Assembly (NCBI GenBank): GCA_965219385.1
Contig: CBDCNM010000002.1
Location: forward strand, 2,102,936 to 2,166,935
DNA: 64,000 nucleotides
Source of the DNA: Candidatus Latescibacterota bacterium
GTDB lineage: Bacteria; Latescibacterota; UBA2968; UBA8231
Direction of reading: 5' to 3'
The position numbers and the translations under genes were made by a program. The notes under the pieces are model-generated. The model searched no databases, was not told the origin of the DNA, and saw nothing but the letters and a program-made list of their open reading frames with translations. The stretch's first letter is position 1, and each line of letters begins with the position of its first letter. Shown here one piece after another: positions 1-9,668 of this stretch.

Positions 1-6
1 TTTGTT

Positions 7-82
7 GGGGCTGTAGCTCAGTTGGGAGAGCGCCTGAATGGCATTCAGGAGGTCAGGGGTTCGATTCCCCTCAGCTCCACCA
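7..82 (+). tRNA. tRNA-Ala(GGC)
   Basis: GGGGCTG/CAGCTCC acceptor stem with G3:U70, anticodon arm CCTGA-AT-GGC-AT-TCAGG, GTTCGATT T-loop, encoded CCA; 76 nt. Confidence 0.98.
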
Positions 83-100
83 TATAAACGCAATAAAATT

Positions 101-136
101 AAAGACTTGCGTAATTGCATCGCAGGCCTTTTTTTT
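101..136 (+). terminator. Probable intrinsic terminator after tRNA-Ala
   Basis: Imperfect stem AAAGACTTGCG/CGCAGGCCTTT followed by a T-run. Confidence 0.5.
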
Positions 137-209
137 ATGTTGTTTTTGGTATTTGTGCCCAATTTGTGCCTCAACCTTTATCCAGCTCCACTGATGGAGA
201 GTTGCGAGC

Positions 210-929
210 ATGACAAACATCCCATGCAGCATCGCCCAAACACTCGCTCGGGCCGCCGGTCGCCTGCGCTTCGGGCCGCCGGTCGCCCACGTGTACAATC
301 CGTTGAGCTACGCCGGGGAAGCGCACCGCCAGTACCTCGACAGGTATTGCTGCCCGGAGGCGGACGTGCTCCTGCTGGGGATGAATCCCGGACCGTGGGG
401 CATGGTCCAGACAGGGGTGCCTTTCGGCGAGGTGTCGCTGGTCCGGGACTGGCTGGGCATAGCCGATGGGGTTTGCCGCCCGCAAACCGAGCATCCCAGA
501 CGTCCAATCCACGGCTTCGAGTGCGGGCGCAGCGAGGTCAGCGGCCAGCGTCTGTGGGGTTGGGCACAAACCCGCTTCGGATCCCCGGAGGCCTTCTTCG
601 CGCGGTTCTTCGTGTGGAATTACTGTCCCCTCGCCTTCCTGGAGGAATCCGGCCGCAACCGCACTCCGGACAAGCTGCCCGTTGAAGAGCGCCTCCCGCT
701 GTTCGAGGTTTGCGACCGCGCCTTGGCGGATATAACAGATTTCATCCTGCCTTCGTTTGTGCTGGGGGTCGGCAAATTCGGCACCGATCGGGCCCGCGCC
801 CTGCTGGGCGACAGGGTGGAGGTAGGAAGCATCCTGCATCCCAGCCCCGCCAGCCCCGCTGCCAACCGGGGCTGGGCCGGTCAGGTCGAGAAACAGCTGC
901 TGGCCTTGGGTATCGAGCTGCCGGCCTGA
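210..929 (+). CDS. SMUG1-type (family 3) uracil-DNA glycosylase
   Basis: GMNPGPWGMVQTGVPFG motif, SEVSG and HPSPASP motifs. Confidence 0.93.
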   Translation: MTNIPCSIAQTLARAAGRLRFGPPVAHVYNPLSYAGEAHRQYLDRYCCPEADVLLLGMNPGPWGMVQTGVPFGEVSLVRDWLGIADGVCRPQTEHPRRPIHGFECGRSEVSGQRLWGWAQTRFGSPEAFFARFFVWNYCPLAFLEESGRNRTPDKLPVEERLPLFEVCDRALADITDFILPSFVLGVGKFGTDRARALLGDRVEVGSILHPSPASPAANRGWAGQVEKQLLALGIELPA

Positions 930-931
930 CC

Positions 932-1101
932 GGCCGGAAGGGGATTTGCCGGCGGCGTTTTATGGGGGAGTGGTAGGGGGAAAAGGGCGCTCTGGGACTC
1001 AGGCCTGCCTGGGGGAGTGGAGCGGGGCAAGAGCGCCCTGTGCATCATAAAACGCCAGAGGCACAAGCCCCGCACGGCCGACCGCCCATTCCGTGAAGTA
1101 C
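932..1101 (+). repeat. Dispersed structured repeat, copy 1
   Basis: GGCCGGAAGGGG...CTGGGACTC...CATAAAACGCCAGAGGC...CCGCCCATTCCGTGAAGTAC; close match to 53212-53400; internal inverted repeats 954-964/1046-1056 and 984-993/1030-1039. Confidence 0.85.
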
Positions 1102-1144
1102 CAGTGGCGTTCAGAATTTCCGAACCGCACAGAAAGGATGGAGA

Positions 1145-2518
1145 ATGGCGAAAATCGCGTTCATGGGAGCAGGCAGTTCGGTATTTGCCAAAAACATCCT
1201 GGGCGACAGCATGCTCAGCCCGGCCCTGCACCATGCCCACATCGCCCTCTACGACGTCAACGCGACCCGACTCGGTGAATCGCGCCGCATGTTGCAGACC
1301 CTGAACCAGAACATCAACAAAGGACGCGCACAGATCACGGCCCATCTGGGCCAAGCACAGCGCAAAGCCGCTTTGCGAGACGCCGATTACGTGGTCAACG
1401 CGATTCAGGTCGGTGGGTACGAGCCGTCGACGGTGATCGACTTTGAGATTCCCAAAAAATACGGTTTGCGCCAGACCATCGCCGATACCCTGGGCATTGG
1501 CGGCATCTTTCGCACCCTCCGAACCGTCCCGGTGGTGCAGGCCTTTGCCCGGGAAACGGAGCAGGTCTGTCCGCAGGCGCTGTTTTTGAATTACACCAAC
1601 CCGATGTGTACAGTGACCGGAGCCGTCGCCCACAGCTCGAGCATCAGGACGGTCGGTTTGTGCCATTCGGTGCAGGTGTGTGCATCAAGTTTGTTGCAGC
1701 GAGTGGGGATGCTCGACGAAGTGGAGGACCTGCAGTGGAAAATCGCGGGGATCAATCATCAGGCCTGGTTGCTGGAAATCACCGACGGCGGCAAGAACCT
1801 GTACCCCGAGATCAAGAAACGCGCGGCAAAGCTGAACCGGAAAGCGCGCAAGATTGGCGCGGAGAAACACGGCGATATGGTGCGGCTGGAGATGATGCGC
1901 CACTTTGGCTATTACATTACCGAATCCTCGGAGCACAGCGCCGAGTACATGCCCTACTGGATCAAGAGCCAGTATCCGGAGTTGATCGAAGAATTCAACA
2001 TTCCGCTCGACGAATACCCGAGACGCTGCGTCGGGCAGATCGAGCGCTGGAAAACCCAGAGCAAAGAACTGGTGAGCAATAAAAAGCTCACCCACGAACG
2101 CACCCACGAGTACGGTTCTTATATCATGGAGGCGATGGAGACCGATGCGCCGTTTCGCATTGGCGGCAACGTGCCCAACGATGGCTTGATCGCCAACTTG
2201 CCGCGCCGGGCGATTGTAGAAGTGGCCTGTCTGGTCGACCGCAACGGGGTCCAGGGCACCTATGTGGGGGATTTGCCCGAGCAGCTGGCGGCGATGAATC
2301 GCACCAATATCAACGTGCACTTGCTCGCGCTCGACGCCGCCCTGAACCGGGATCGCGACGCCGTCTACCACGCCGCCTACATGGATCCGCACACCTCGTC
2401 CGAGCTGCCCCTGGAGCGGATTCGCAAGCTGTGCGACGAACTGATCGAGGCGCACGAAATGGGCAGCTATTTCAAGAAGGGCAAGGCCTTTGCCATTCCC
2501 AAAATGTGGGGGGTATGA
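1145..2518 (+). CDS. melA: GH4 NAD-dependent alpha-galactosidase
   Basis: KIAFMGAGS Rossmann start, QTIADTLGIGG, NYTNP, GLCH, GINH, ESSEH motifs. Confidence 0.9.
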   Translation: MAKIAFMGAGSSVFAKNILGDSMLSPALHHAHIALYDVNATRLGESRRMLQTLNQNINKGRAQITAHLGQAQRKAALRDADYVVNAIQVGGYEPSTVIDFEIPKKYGLRQTIADTLGIGGIFRTLRTVPVVQAFARETEQVCPQALFLNYTNPMCTVTGAVAHSSSIRTVGLCHSVQVCASSLLQRVGMLDEVEDLQWKIAGINHQAWLLEITDGGKNLYPEIKKRAAKLNRKARKIGAEKHGDMVRLEMMRHFGYYITESSEHSAEYMPYWIKSQYPELIEEFNIPLDEYPRRCVGQIERWKTQSKELVSNKKLTHERTHEYGSYIMEAMETDAPFRIGGNVPNDGLIANLPRRAIVEVACLVDRNGVQGTYVGDLPEQLAAMNRTNINVHLLALDAALNRDRDAVYHAAYMDPHTSSELPLERIRKLCDELIEAHEMGSYFKKGKAFAIPKMWGV

Positions 2519-2563
2519 GCCCTTCGGGGAGCAGCTGCCACGAACGAACCTCAGAAGCCTTAG

Positions 2564-4010
2564 CTCGACTTTATCCATTTATGTAGCGTACGAGACGGTG
2601 TGTATCAAGCGGTTGAGTAGGCTTCGAGGGATTTTTATCAGGTCGTGTTGGTTGGGCAGGTTGGAAAAAGCCTGCCAGAGCCGTTGTCGGACCCAGGCCA
2701 CGGCATCGGAAAAGGTGGGTTTTCGTTTGCCATACCAGGCCGTGGCATGGCAGGGGGAGGCGCTTTTGGGGGCCAGCCGATTGGCGATGAGGGCGACCAG
2801 ACTAAACAAGGCCAAGATGACCGGCGTGGTCCGGGCAATGGCCCGCTCATTCCATTGGCGTTGGGTTTCCATGCCCAGATGGGCGCGGGCTTCCTCAAAG
2901 GTAGTTTCTACCGACCAGCGTTGGAGAAAATAGGTCAGCATTTGCCGAGGGGACAGACGCACATCGGTCGAGAGCAAGGCTTGGGGCGCGAAGCGGCCGG
3001 CCGGGTCTCGGATCAGCAGCCAGCGGAGGGGCACGGCGGGCAAGCCAGTGTGATACCACAGCGCCGTTTGGCTGTAGGTTTCCACTGTATAGGGGCCGGC
3101 GGCATACCACCGGTCCAGGGTGAGGGGGTGCCAAGGGGTAGTCGGATCGTTCAGGTGCTGCTGGAGGGTGGGCTGCCGGGCGCCTTTGCCGCGGGGGCGT
3201 CCCCGCGTGTGCGGCGTGCGGGTTGGTGGTGGGTCATACAGGGCCGCATCCAACCGCAAGCGGGTAATCAGCCCCACGTGGGGCCGAACCGCGTCGAGAA
3301 AGGCCAAGGCGGAGAAGGTGCTATCGGCGACCACGACCAGCCGGCGGGTGGGCAGCCAGCGCGCTACCAGCTTGAGCATAGTCTGCCCCCGTTGCAACAG
3401 GGTGAGGGGGGTGCGCTGGCGCTGAGTATAGTAGCGGGCCGACGGACACAGCACACTCATAAAGGGTAAGGCCCAACTTCGATCCGCCCAAGGGATAGGC
3501 GCTACCAGCATCAACGACAGCCAGCGCAAGCCGCTAGCCTTGACCAGGTGGGGCCCACTCGAGCGGACGGGATCCCGGTAGATGCCTCGGGCCCCAATCT
3601 GGGCGCCCCGGCGCCGCTCGATGGTCTCATCCAGGCCCAGGACCAGGGGCCCGTGGGGGGCAAAGGCGGCCACCAACGCCTGGAGGAGTAGCTTACTGCC
3701 GGCCAGGGGCGACCACACACAGCGGTTGAGGATCCGGTGGTAGGTTTGAAAGGTAGGCTGTTGGCTCAAGCCCAACACCTCCAACACGGCGCTGACCGTG
3801 CGTTTACCCGGGGCTAACAGCGCCCCGACCAACAGCGTCTGAGCCTGCGGCCAAACGCGGCTCGAAAAAAGGGGGGCAAAGGGCGACAAAATCGTTATTA
3901 TATCTTTCGGCAGGGGGCTCATCGGTTTCTCCTGGGCTGTCGATGCTTGGATACCATCAACAGTACGGAGGATACCGGCCTCCTGCCATGCGCGTTTGGA
4001 TAAAATCGAG
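2564..4010 (-). mobile_element. Complete insertion sequence, IS701-like DDE element (1447 bp)
   Basis: Terminal inverted repeats CTCGACTTTATCCA / TGGATAAAATCGAG (13/14); flanking CTTAG direct repeat at 2559-2563 and 4011-4015. Confidence 0.88.
2579..3922 (-). CDS. DDE transposase (IS701-like)
   Basis: LGLDET, VADS, RWSVETTFEEAR motifs; start moved to MSPLP inside the IR. Confidence 0.9.
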   Translation of the reverse strand: MSPLPKDIITILSPFAPLFSSRVWPQAQTLLVGALLAPGKRTVSAVLEVLGLSQQPTFQTYHRILNRCVWSPLAGSKLLLQALVAAFAPHGPLVLGLDETIERRRGAQIGARGIYRDPVRSSGPHLVKASGLRWLSLMLVAPIPWADRSWALPFMSVLCPSARYYTQRQRTPLTLLQRGQTMLKLVARWLPTRRLVVVADSTFSALAFLDAVRPHVGLITRLRLDAALYDPPPTRTPHTRGRPRGKGARQPTLQQHLNDPTTPWHPLTLDRWYAAGPYTVETYSQTALWYHTGLPAVPLRWLLIRDPAGRFAPQALLSTDVRLSPRQMLTYFLQRWSVETTFEEARAHLGMETQRQWNERAIARTTPVILALFSLVALIANRLAPKSASPCHATAWYGKRKPTFSDAVAWVRQRLWQAFSNLPNQHDLIKIPRSLLNRLIHTVSYAT

Positions 4011-4014
4011 CTTA

Positions 4015-4083
4015 GAAGCCATCTCAAAACCCCCGGCGTTTCGCTCGGGCTTTGGGCTCACCAGGAATCTTAAGACCGGCTTC
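4015..4083 (-). repeat. Short MITE-like element with GAAGCC termini
   Basis: Reverse complement aligns with 33008-33072; terminal IRs GAAGCCATCTCAAAA / TCTTAAGACCGGCTTC. Confidence 0.75.
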
Positions 4084-4119
4084 TCATTGGAAAACTCCTG
4101 AAATCGGAAGGAGTAAAAC

Positions 4120-5601
4120 GTGTTGAAAATTATCGTCGCCGAGTGCAAGCAGGAAGTTTCTTCGTTCAACCCGGTGGAGACCCACTACCGGGACTTCGAC
4201 ATCCAGCGCGGCGACGCACTCTTCGCCTATCACCAGGGTATCCAGTCGGAAATCGTCGGGGCCCTGGAGGTCTTCGCCTCGCGCCCCGATGTGGAGCCGG
4301 TGCCGGCCTGGGGGGCGCGCGCCAATTCGGCCGGGGCCCTGGTACAAGAGGATTTTGAGCGCCTCGCCGGGGAGTTTTTGCAGGCGCTGGAGACCCATAA
4401 AGGAAAAATCGACGGCTTTTATTTTTCTCTACACGGCGCCATGGCCGCCACCGGGGAACTGGATCCGGAGGGCTACCTCCTGAGCGCGGCGCGGGAGCTG
4501 CTGGGCGCGGAAATTCCCCTGGTTTTATCCCTCGACCTGCACGGCGTCCTCACCCGGCGCATGCTGGAAAACTGCGATGCCCTGACCCTCTACCACACCT
4601 ATCCCCACGTCGACTTTGTCGACACCGGCGCGCGGGCGGCGCGCCTGCTGTTGCGCATCCTCGACGGCGCGGTGCGGCCGGTGGTGGCCCGGGTGGTGGT
4701 GCCGGCCCTGGTGCGCGGCGACGAGTTGAAGACCGAGACCGGCGTCTACGGGTCGACGATCCGCCAAGCGCAGCACCTGGAGTACAACAACGCGGCCCTG
4801 GCGGCGGGCATGATGATCGGCAATCCCTTCACCGACGTGCCCGAGCTGTGCTCCCAGAGCGTGGTGGTCACCGACGGCGACGAGACCGGGGCCGCGACCA
4901 CCGCCCTGGAACTAGCGCGAGGCTTCTGGGAAAAACGGGCGTCGATGCAGGCGCCCCTGGTCGAGGTAGACGAGGCGATTGCCGCGGCGCGGGAGCTGGA
5001 GGGCACAGCCATCTTCACCGATGCGGCCGACGCCACCAGCTCGGGGGCCAGCGGCGATAGCAACGCCGTCCTCGCCGCCTTGCTGGCGGTCGGCTACGAG
5101 GGCAAGGTGCTCCTGCCCCTGGTCGATCCACCGGCGGTGGAGCGCGCCTTTGCAGTAGGCGTGGGCCGCCGCGCCCGCTTTTCTCTGGGCGGGGCCCTCG
5201 ACCCCCGCTTCAAACCGGTGGAGCTGGAGGCCACGGTCGAGATGCTGGCCACCGGACCTTACTACTTTGAATCCTGGGGCACCTGGGACGACGCCGGCAA
5301 CACGGCCGTGCTGCGCGCCGGCCAGATCACCATCATCGCCGTATCGCGGCCGGTCTACCTTTTAGACCGCTCGCTCTTTCTGGCCCACGGCCGCGACCCC
5401 CGCCACTTTGACCTGGTCGTGGTCAAAGCGCCGCACTGCCAGGACCGCTTTTTCAGCGCCTGGGCCGCGGCCAATTTCAATATCGACGCACCGGGCTCGA
5501 CCAGCGCCAACCTCAAGAACCTGGGACACCGGATCTGCCGGCGGCCGATTTATCCCCTCGACGAAGGGGTCACCTTTGAACCGGTGGCGCAGATCTTTTA
5601 G
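4120..5601 (+). CDS. M81 family metallopeptidase (MlrC-like)
   Basis: ECKQE..SFNP, LHGAM, DLHG, TYPHVD motifs. Confidence 0.88.
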   Translation: MLKIIVAECKQEVSSFNPVETHYRDFDIQRGDALFAYHQGIQSEIVGALEVFASRPDVEPVPAWGARANSAGALVQEDFERLAGEFLQALETHKGKIDGFYFSLHGAMAATGELDPEGYLLSAARELLGAEIPLVLSLDLHGVLTRRMLENCDALTLYHTYPHVDFVDTGARAARLLLRILDGAVRPVVARVVVPALVRGDELKTETGVYGSTIRQAQHLEYNNAALAAGMMIGNPFTDVPELCSQSVVVTDGDETGAATTALELARGFWEKRASMQAPLVEVDEAIAAARELEGTAIFTDAADATSSGASGDSNAVLAALLAVGYEGKVLLPLVDPPAVERAFAVGVGRRARFSLGGALDPRFKPVELEATVEMLATGPYYFESWGTWDDAGNTAVLRAGQITIIAVSRPVYLLDRSLFLAHGRDPRHFDLVVVKAPHCQDRFFSAWAAANFNIDAPGSTSANLKNLGHRICRRPIYPLDEGVTFEPVAQIF

Positions 5602-5783
5602 CGAGCCGACGCGGATTGCCGACCTCGACGAGCGGCAGCAGTGGCCGACCTCGGCGCCTCGATCGACTGCCTCGACTGGGGTGAAAGTCCGCTCGTGGTC
5701 GACGCGGAGCGGCAGCAGCAATTGCCGTCCCTCTTCCGCGCCTTCCAGCCCGATCCGCCGGACCGCTACGAAACCCTGGCCCG

Positions 5784-6602
5784 CTACCGGGCCTTCGAGG
5801 CGCAGTCCACCTCATTCTCCCGAAACCCCGCCACCACTATATTGTCATTCCGCTTCAGCACATTCCCGTAATCAATCCGGTAGGGATCGTCCTCCGCTTT
5901 CCCCACAGGCCGCATCTCCGTACTGTGATACCCGAACCGTACCGACTTCCGCCACGCGTCCGTCCGGTTGCAATCCGACCAGTGAATGGTCTGGTAGCTG
6001 AAAAACACCACATCGCCCCGCAGGGCCGGCACGGCCACGCTTTCTACTTTATCTGGATGATACCTGTCCGGCGGCAGGTGCGGCGCCGTCTCCGGCCCCA
6101 GCACGTGCTCCAGAGGCCCCTGCTCGTGGCTGCCCGGCACCACCATCAGCGCCCCGCTCTCCAGCGGGGTGTCGTCCAAGTGCAACAGGCAATCGACGAA
6201 GTCCGGACCGTCGTGCGGATAGAACGGATAGTCCTGATGCATGGGGAACGGCGTGCCCTTTTCCGGCGGCTTGGCGTGCAGCACGGTGTGGTGCCACTGC
6301 ACCGGGCCGTCGATCAGCTGCTGCACGCAGCCGACCAGCTTGTGATGAAAAATCACCCGCCCCCAGGCGGCCGAGTAAAAATGCGGATTGTGCATGAAGA
6401 CCGCCCTGGTGTTGAGTCGCTCGTCCTCCTCCAGGTAGCGATCCCGCCAGGGGCCGGTCCAGCCGATGCTCTCCCGGCCCCACTGTTCGATGATCCGCAC
6501 CATCTCCGTGGCCAGTTCCTCGACCTCCTGCGGTGCGAAGAGCTGTTCGACCTTGAGGTAGCCCAGGTCGCGGTACGCCTCGATTTGTTCTTCATTCAAC
6601 AT
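5784..6602 (-). CDS. PhyH-family Fe(II)/2OG dioxygenase
   Basis: HAKPP, HQD, VVPGSH, distal IHWS, NRT..WR. Confidence 0.9.
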   Translation of the reverse strand: MLNEEQIEAYRDLGYLKVEQLFAPQEVEELATEMVRIIEQWGRESIGWTGPWRDRYLEEDERLNTRAVFMHNPHFYSAAWGRVIFHHKLVGCVQQLIDGPVQWHHTVLHAKPPEKGTPFPMHQDYPFYPHDGPDFVDCLLHLDDTPLESGALMVVPGSHEQGPLEHVLGPETAPHLPPDRYHPDKVESVAVPALRGDVVFFSYQTIHWSDCNRTDAWRKSVRFGYHSTEMRPVGKAEDDPYRIDYGNVLKRNDNIVVAGFRENEVDCASKAR

Positions 6603-6612
6603 AGCTGGCTCC

Positions 6613-7626
6613 TCATTGGCCCAGTTCGTCTTCGGCCCGTTTCTGCAGGGCGCGCATATAGGCAATCGTATAGGCCGTGCCCAGGCGGCCGTCGTCGCCC
6701 ATCTGCGGGATGTGATCCGGAATCAAGGTCCCGTCGTAGCCCACCTTACCCAGGGCCTTTATGGCCTCGTACATATCGAAGTAGCCGTCATCGACAAAGG
6801 TCTCGACAAAATGCGGCAGCGGCCGGTCGACGTTGCGGTAATGCACCTTGAAGATCTTGCCCTGGCCGCCGAAGTGGCGAATCGTTTCCACCACGCCTGC
6901 GCCCATACTGTCACCCCCTTCCAGCCAGCAGCCAATGCACAGGCACATCCCCACATTCGGACTGTCGGCGATTTTTAGGGCGCGCTTATAGCCGGCGAAA
7001 CTGCTGAAAATAGACCGCGGCACCCCACCGAGCACCAGCCCCGGCGGATCGTCCGGGTGGATGCCGATCCGCACCCCTGCTTCCTCGGCCACCGGCGCCA
7101 CTTCTCGGGCGAAGGAGGCGAAATTGTCCCACAGTTCTTCTTCGCTGTACTCGCGGTCGTGGGTCAGTCCACCGCCGGTGAAACCGCCCCCCTGGGCCTC
7201 GTCGATACGCTCCAGGTCAAAGCCCCGGGCTCCGGCTCCGCCCCGGGTCTGCTCGAGCGGCGTGCTCCAGACGCTGTTGGCCATATGGGCGTATGTGGTA
7301 TAGGGGATCTCCGCCTGACCCAGATTGCGTATATGCGCTTTGTACTCCTCGACCTTCTCATCGCGCCCGGCCAGATTGAGGGTGATCGCGTCGACGTTGT
7401 GCACACTGCCATTACCCAATCCGTAGAGCTTGATCCCGCCCCGGGCAAAGTGCTCCCTGCGGCTCCTGTAGTAGTCTGGACTGGCCCTGGCCGAATCGAT
7501 CCAGGTCACCGCGTATTCCACCCCCATCTGCCGCACGAAGGCCATCTCCTCCTCCGTTGGCTCGGGCGACATCTGCGCTGCGACCTTGAGGCCGGGTTCT
7601 AATTCGATATGAGTCTTGACGGCCAT
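6613..7626 (-). CDS. Mannonate dehydratase-like (UxuA family)
   Basis: GIHPDDPP, KVHYRNV, PDHIP motifs. Confidence 0.8.
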   Translation of the reverse strand: MAVKTHIELEPGLKVAAQMSPEPTEEEMAFVRQMGVEYAVTWIDSARASPDYYRSRREHFARGGIKLYGLGNGSVHNVDAITLNLAGRDEKVEEYKAHIRNLGQAEIPYTTYAHMANSVWSTPLEQTRGGAGARGFDLERIDEAQGGGFTGGGLTHDREYSEEELWDNFASFAREVAPVAEEAGVRIGIHPDDPPGLVLGGVPRSIFSSFAGYKRALKIADSPNVGMCLCIGCWLEGGDSMGAGVVETIRHFGGQGKIFKVHYRNVDRPLPHFVETFVDDGYFDMYEAIKALGKVGYDGTLIPDHIPQMGDDGRLGTAYTIAYMRALQKRAEDELGQ

Positions 7627-7709
7627 AGCGACCTTCCTTTCGTACAAGTGAGAGACATGGATGCGCCTCGGATGCCGCAAAGACAAAGCGGTCAATTGCC
7701 GTTTGCGTA

Positions 7710-9650
7710 CTAATCCTGCTCTGCGCGGTCGGTGAAAAACCGCTCAAACCAGTCCACCATCCGCCGGTAGTATTCCTCACGCATCCTGGGGTGGCCCGCC
7801 TTGCGGAATCCGTGGTCCGCATCCGGGAAGCGCACCAGCTCGACTGTCTTGTTCTGGCGCTTGAGGGCGACGAAGAACTGCTCGCTCTGTTCGATTGGGC
7901 AGCGGTAATCCACTTCGCCGTGCATCAGCAACGCCGGGGTCTTCACCGCCGACGCATAGGTAAGCGGCGAGCGCTCCATCAGGGCCTCGACGCGCTCGAT
8001 CGAGGAACCGCCCCACTGGGCCTCGCCGAACGCCACCCCGATGTCCGAAGTCCCGTACATGCTGTGGAGGTTGATACACGGCGCACCGATCACGGCCGCT
8101 TTGAAGCGGTGGTCGCGCCCGATGATCCAGCTGCTCATGAAGCCGCCGTAGCTGTAGCCGTGGACCCCGAGCCGAGCCGGGTCGACATAAGGTCGCGCAC
8201 ACACCCGGTCGACCGCGGCCATCAGATCCAGGAAGTCCTCACCACCCCAGTCGCGCAGGACCGCCTTCAAGAATTCGGGACCATACGACGACGAGCCTCT
8301 GGGATTGACGCCGAGAACCAGATAGCCGGCGCCACTGAGCACCTGTTGGGTGACATCGTACGAATCGGAGAATCGGCCGTTCGGCCCGCCGTGGATATCC
8401 AGCACCAGAGGGTACTGCTTCGAGGCATCGAAGTCGACCGGGAAAAGCAAGCGCGCCTGAATGTCCCAGCCGCTCCGCTTTAAGGAGAATTTTTCCACCC
8501 TTGCCGCCGGCAGGGCCCGCAGAAACTCTCCGTTGACCGAAGTCAGATAGCGTTCGGCGGATGAATCGAGGTCAATGCCGTAGAGATCACCCGGCGCATT
8601 TGTCGACCCGGCGACGACCACCGCCCGGCTGGATTCCCCGTCGAGGGCGAGCGCGGTGAAGGTCTTACCCCCTCCTGCGATCACCGCCTGGTCCCCCCCT
8701 GTGACCGGGGTGCGGCACACAAAGGACTCGCCCGCCCGATCGGCAACATAGATCAGCTGGTCGCTCCTCGTCCAGCAGCGTTCCGCAAGCGGATGCACAA
8801 TGGTATGGGTCACTCCGGCGACCATCCGGCAGGGCCCGCCCTCTTCGAGGACATATAACCACGACTGGCGCGGATCCCAAATGTCGGGGTCGTGTGCCCC
8901 GGCCGCGACCAGACGGTTTCCGTCCGGCGACCACGCCACCGAATCGACGCGCCACAAACCATCCGACCAGGGTGCGACGTCCCCACCCTCCGCCGGGACC
9001 ACGCGCACCCCTGAACGACTTGAAAAATCGCGCCCCTCGACCGCGTCGCTGATACAGGCGATCCGATCCCCTGTGGGGGACCAGACCGGGGACAAATGGT
9101 CCCCTTCCCCAGCGGTCAACTGGCGCGGCTCGCCTCCGTTCACGTCCACCACAAACAACTGCGAGAACGCATCGCCGCGCCAGCCGTCTCCATCGTCGCG
9201 ATAGCGGATGCGGCGCACCACCTGGGTCGTGGGAACATCGGTCTCGTCCGCCGCGCCGGCGTCGGGGTCGACGCGCGCCACCACGACCAGGCGCTCGGCG
9301 TCGGGCGCCCAGGCAAATTCGCGCACCCCCCCCGGCAGATCGGTCAGCTGGTGCGCCTCCCCCGCACGGGTCGAGATCAACCAGAGCTGGGCCTTTTCCC
9401 CGTCGCTTCCCGGACGCAGAAAGCCGATGGTCTGCCCATCCGGTGCGTGTTTCGGCGACGAATCCTTCGGCCCGGCCGTAAACCCCTGGGAGCGGCCTTG
9501 GTGCACCTGGCACATCATCAGACGGGACGGCGAAGTCTTCACCTCTTCGCAGGTGGAGCCCTGGACGTAGATCAGGGTTGATCCATCGGGGGAAAGACTC
9601 GGGCTGGAGACCTCGCGCAGGGCGTGGATATCGGACGGTTGCAAAGACAT
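7710..9650 (-). CDS. S9 family (prolyl oligopeptidase / acylaminoacyl) peptidase
   Basis: PD40-type propeller repeats, HGGP, GYSYGG nucleophile, DYRCP and DHGF. Confidence 0.92.
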   Translation of the reverse strand: MSLQPSDIHALREVSSPSLSPDGSTLIYVQGSTCEEVKTSPSRLMMCQVHQGRSQGFTAGPKDSSPKHAPDGQTIGFLRPGSDGEKAQLWLISTRAGEAHQLTDLPGGVREFAWAPDAERLVVVARVDPDAGAADETDVPTTQVVRRIRYRDDGDGWRGDAFSQLFVVDVNGGEPRQLTAGEGDHLSPVWSPTGDRIACISDAVEGRDFSSRSGVRVVPAEGGDVAPWSDGLWRVDSVAWSPDGNRLVAAGAHDPDIWDPRQSWLYVLEEGGPCRMVAGVTHTIVHPLAERCWTRSDQLIYVADRAGESFVCRTPVTGGDQAVIAGGGKTFTALALDGESSRAVVVAGSTNAPGDLYGIDLDSSAERYLTSVNGEFLRALPAARVEKFSLKRSGWDIQARLLFPVDFDASKQYPLVLDIHGGPNGRFSDSYDVTQQVLSGAGYLVLGVNPRGSSSYGPEFLKAVLRDWGGEDFLDLMAAVDRVCARPYVDPARLGVHGYSYGGFMSSWIIGRDHRFKAAVIGAPCINLHSMYGTSDIGVAFGEAQWGGSSIERVEALMERSPLTYASAVKTPALLMHGEVDYRCPIEQSEQFFVALKRQNKTVELVRFPDADHGFRKAGHPRMREEYYRRMVDWFERFFTDRAEQD

Positions 9651-9668
9651 GGGGTTCTCCTAGGCGGT

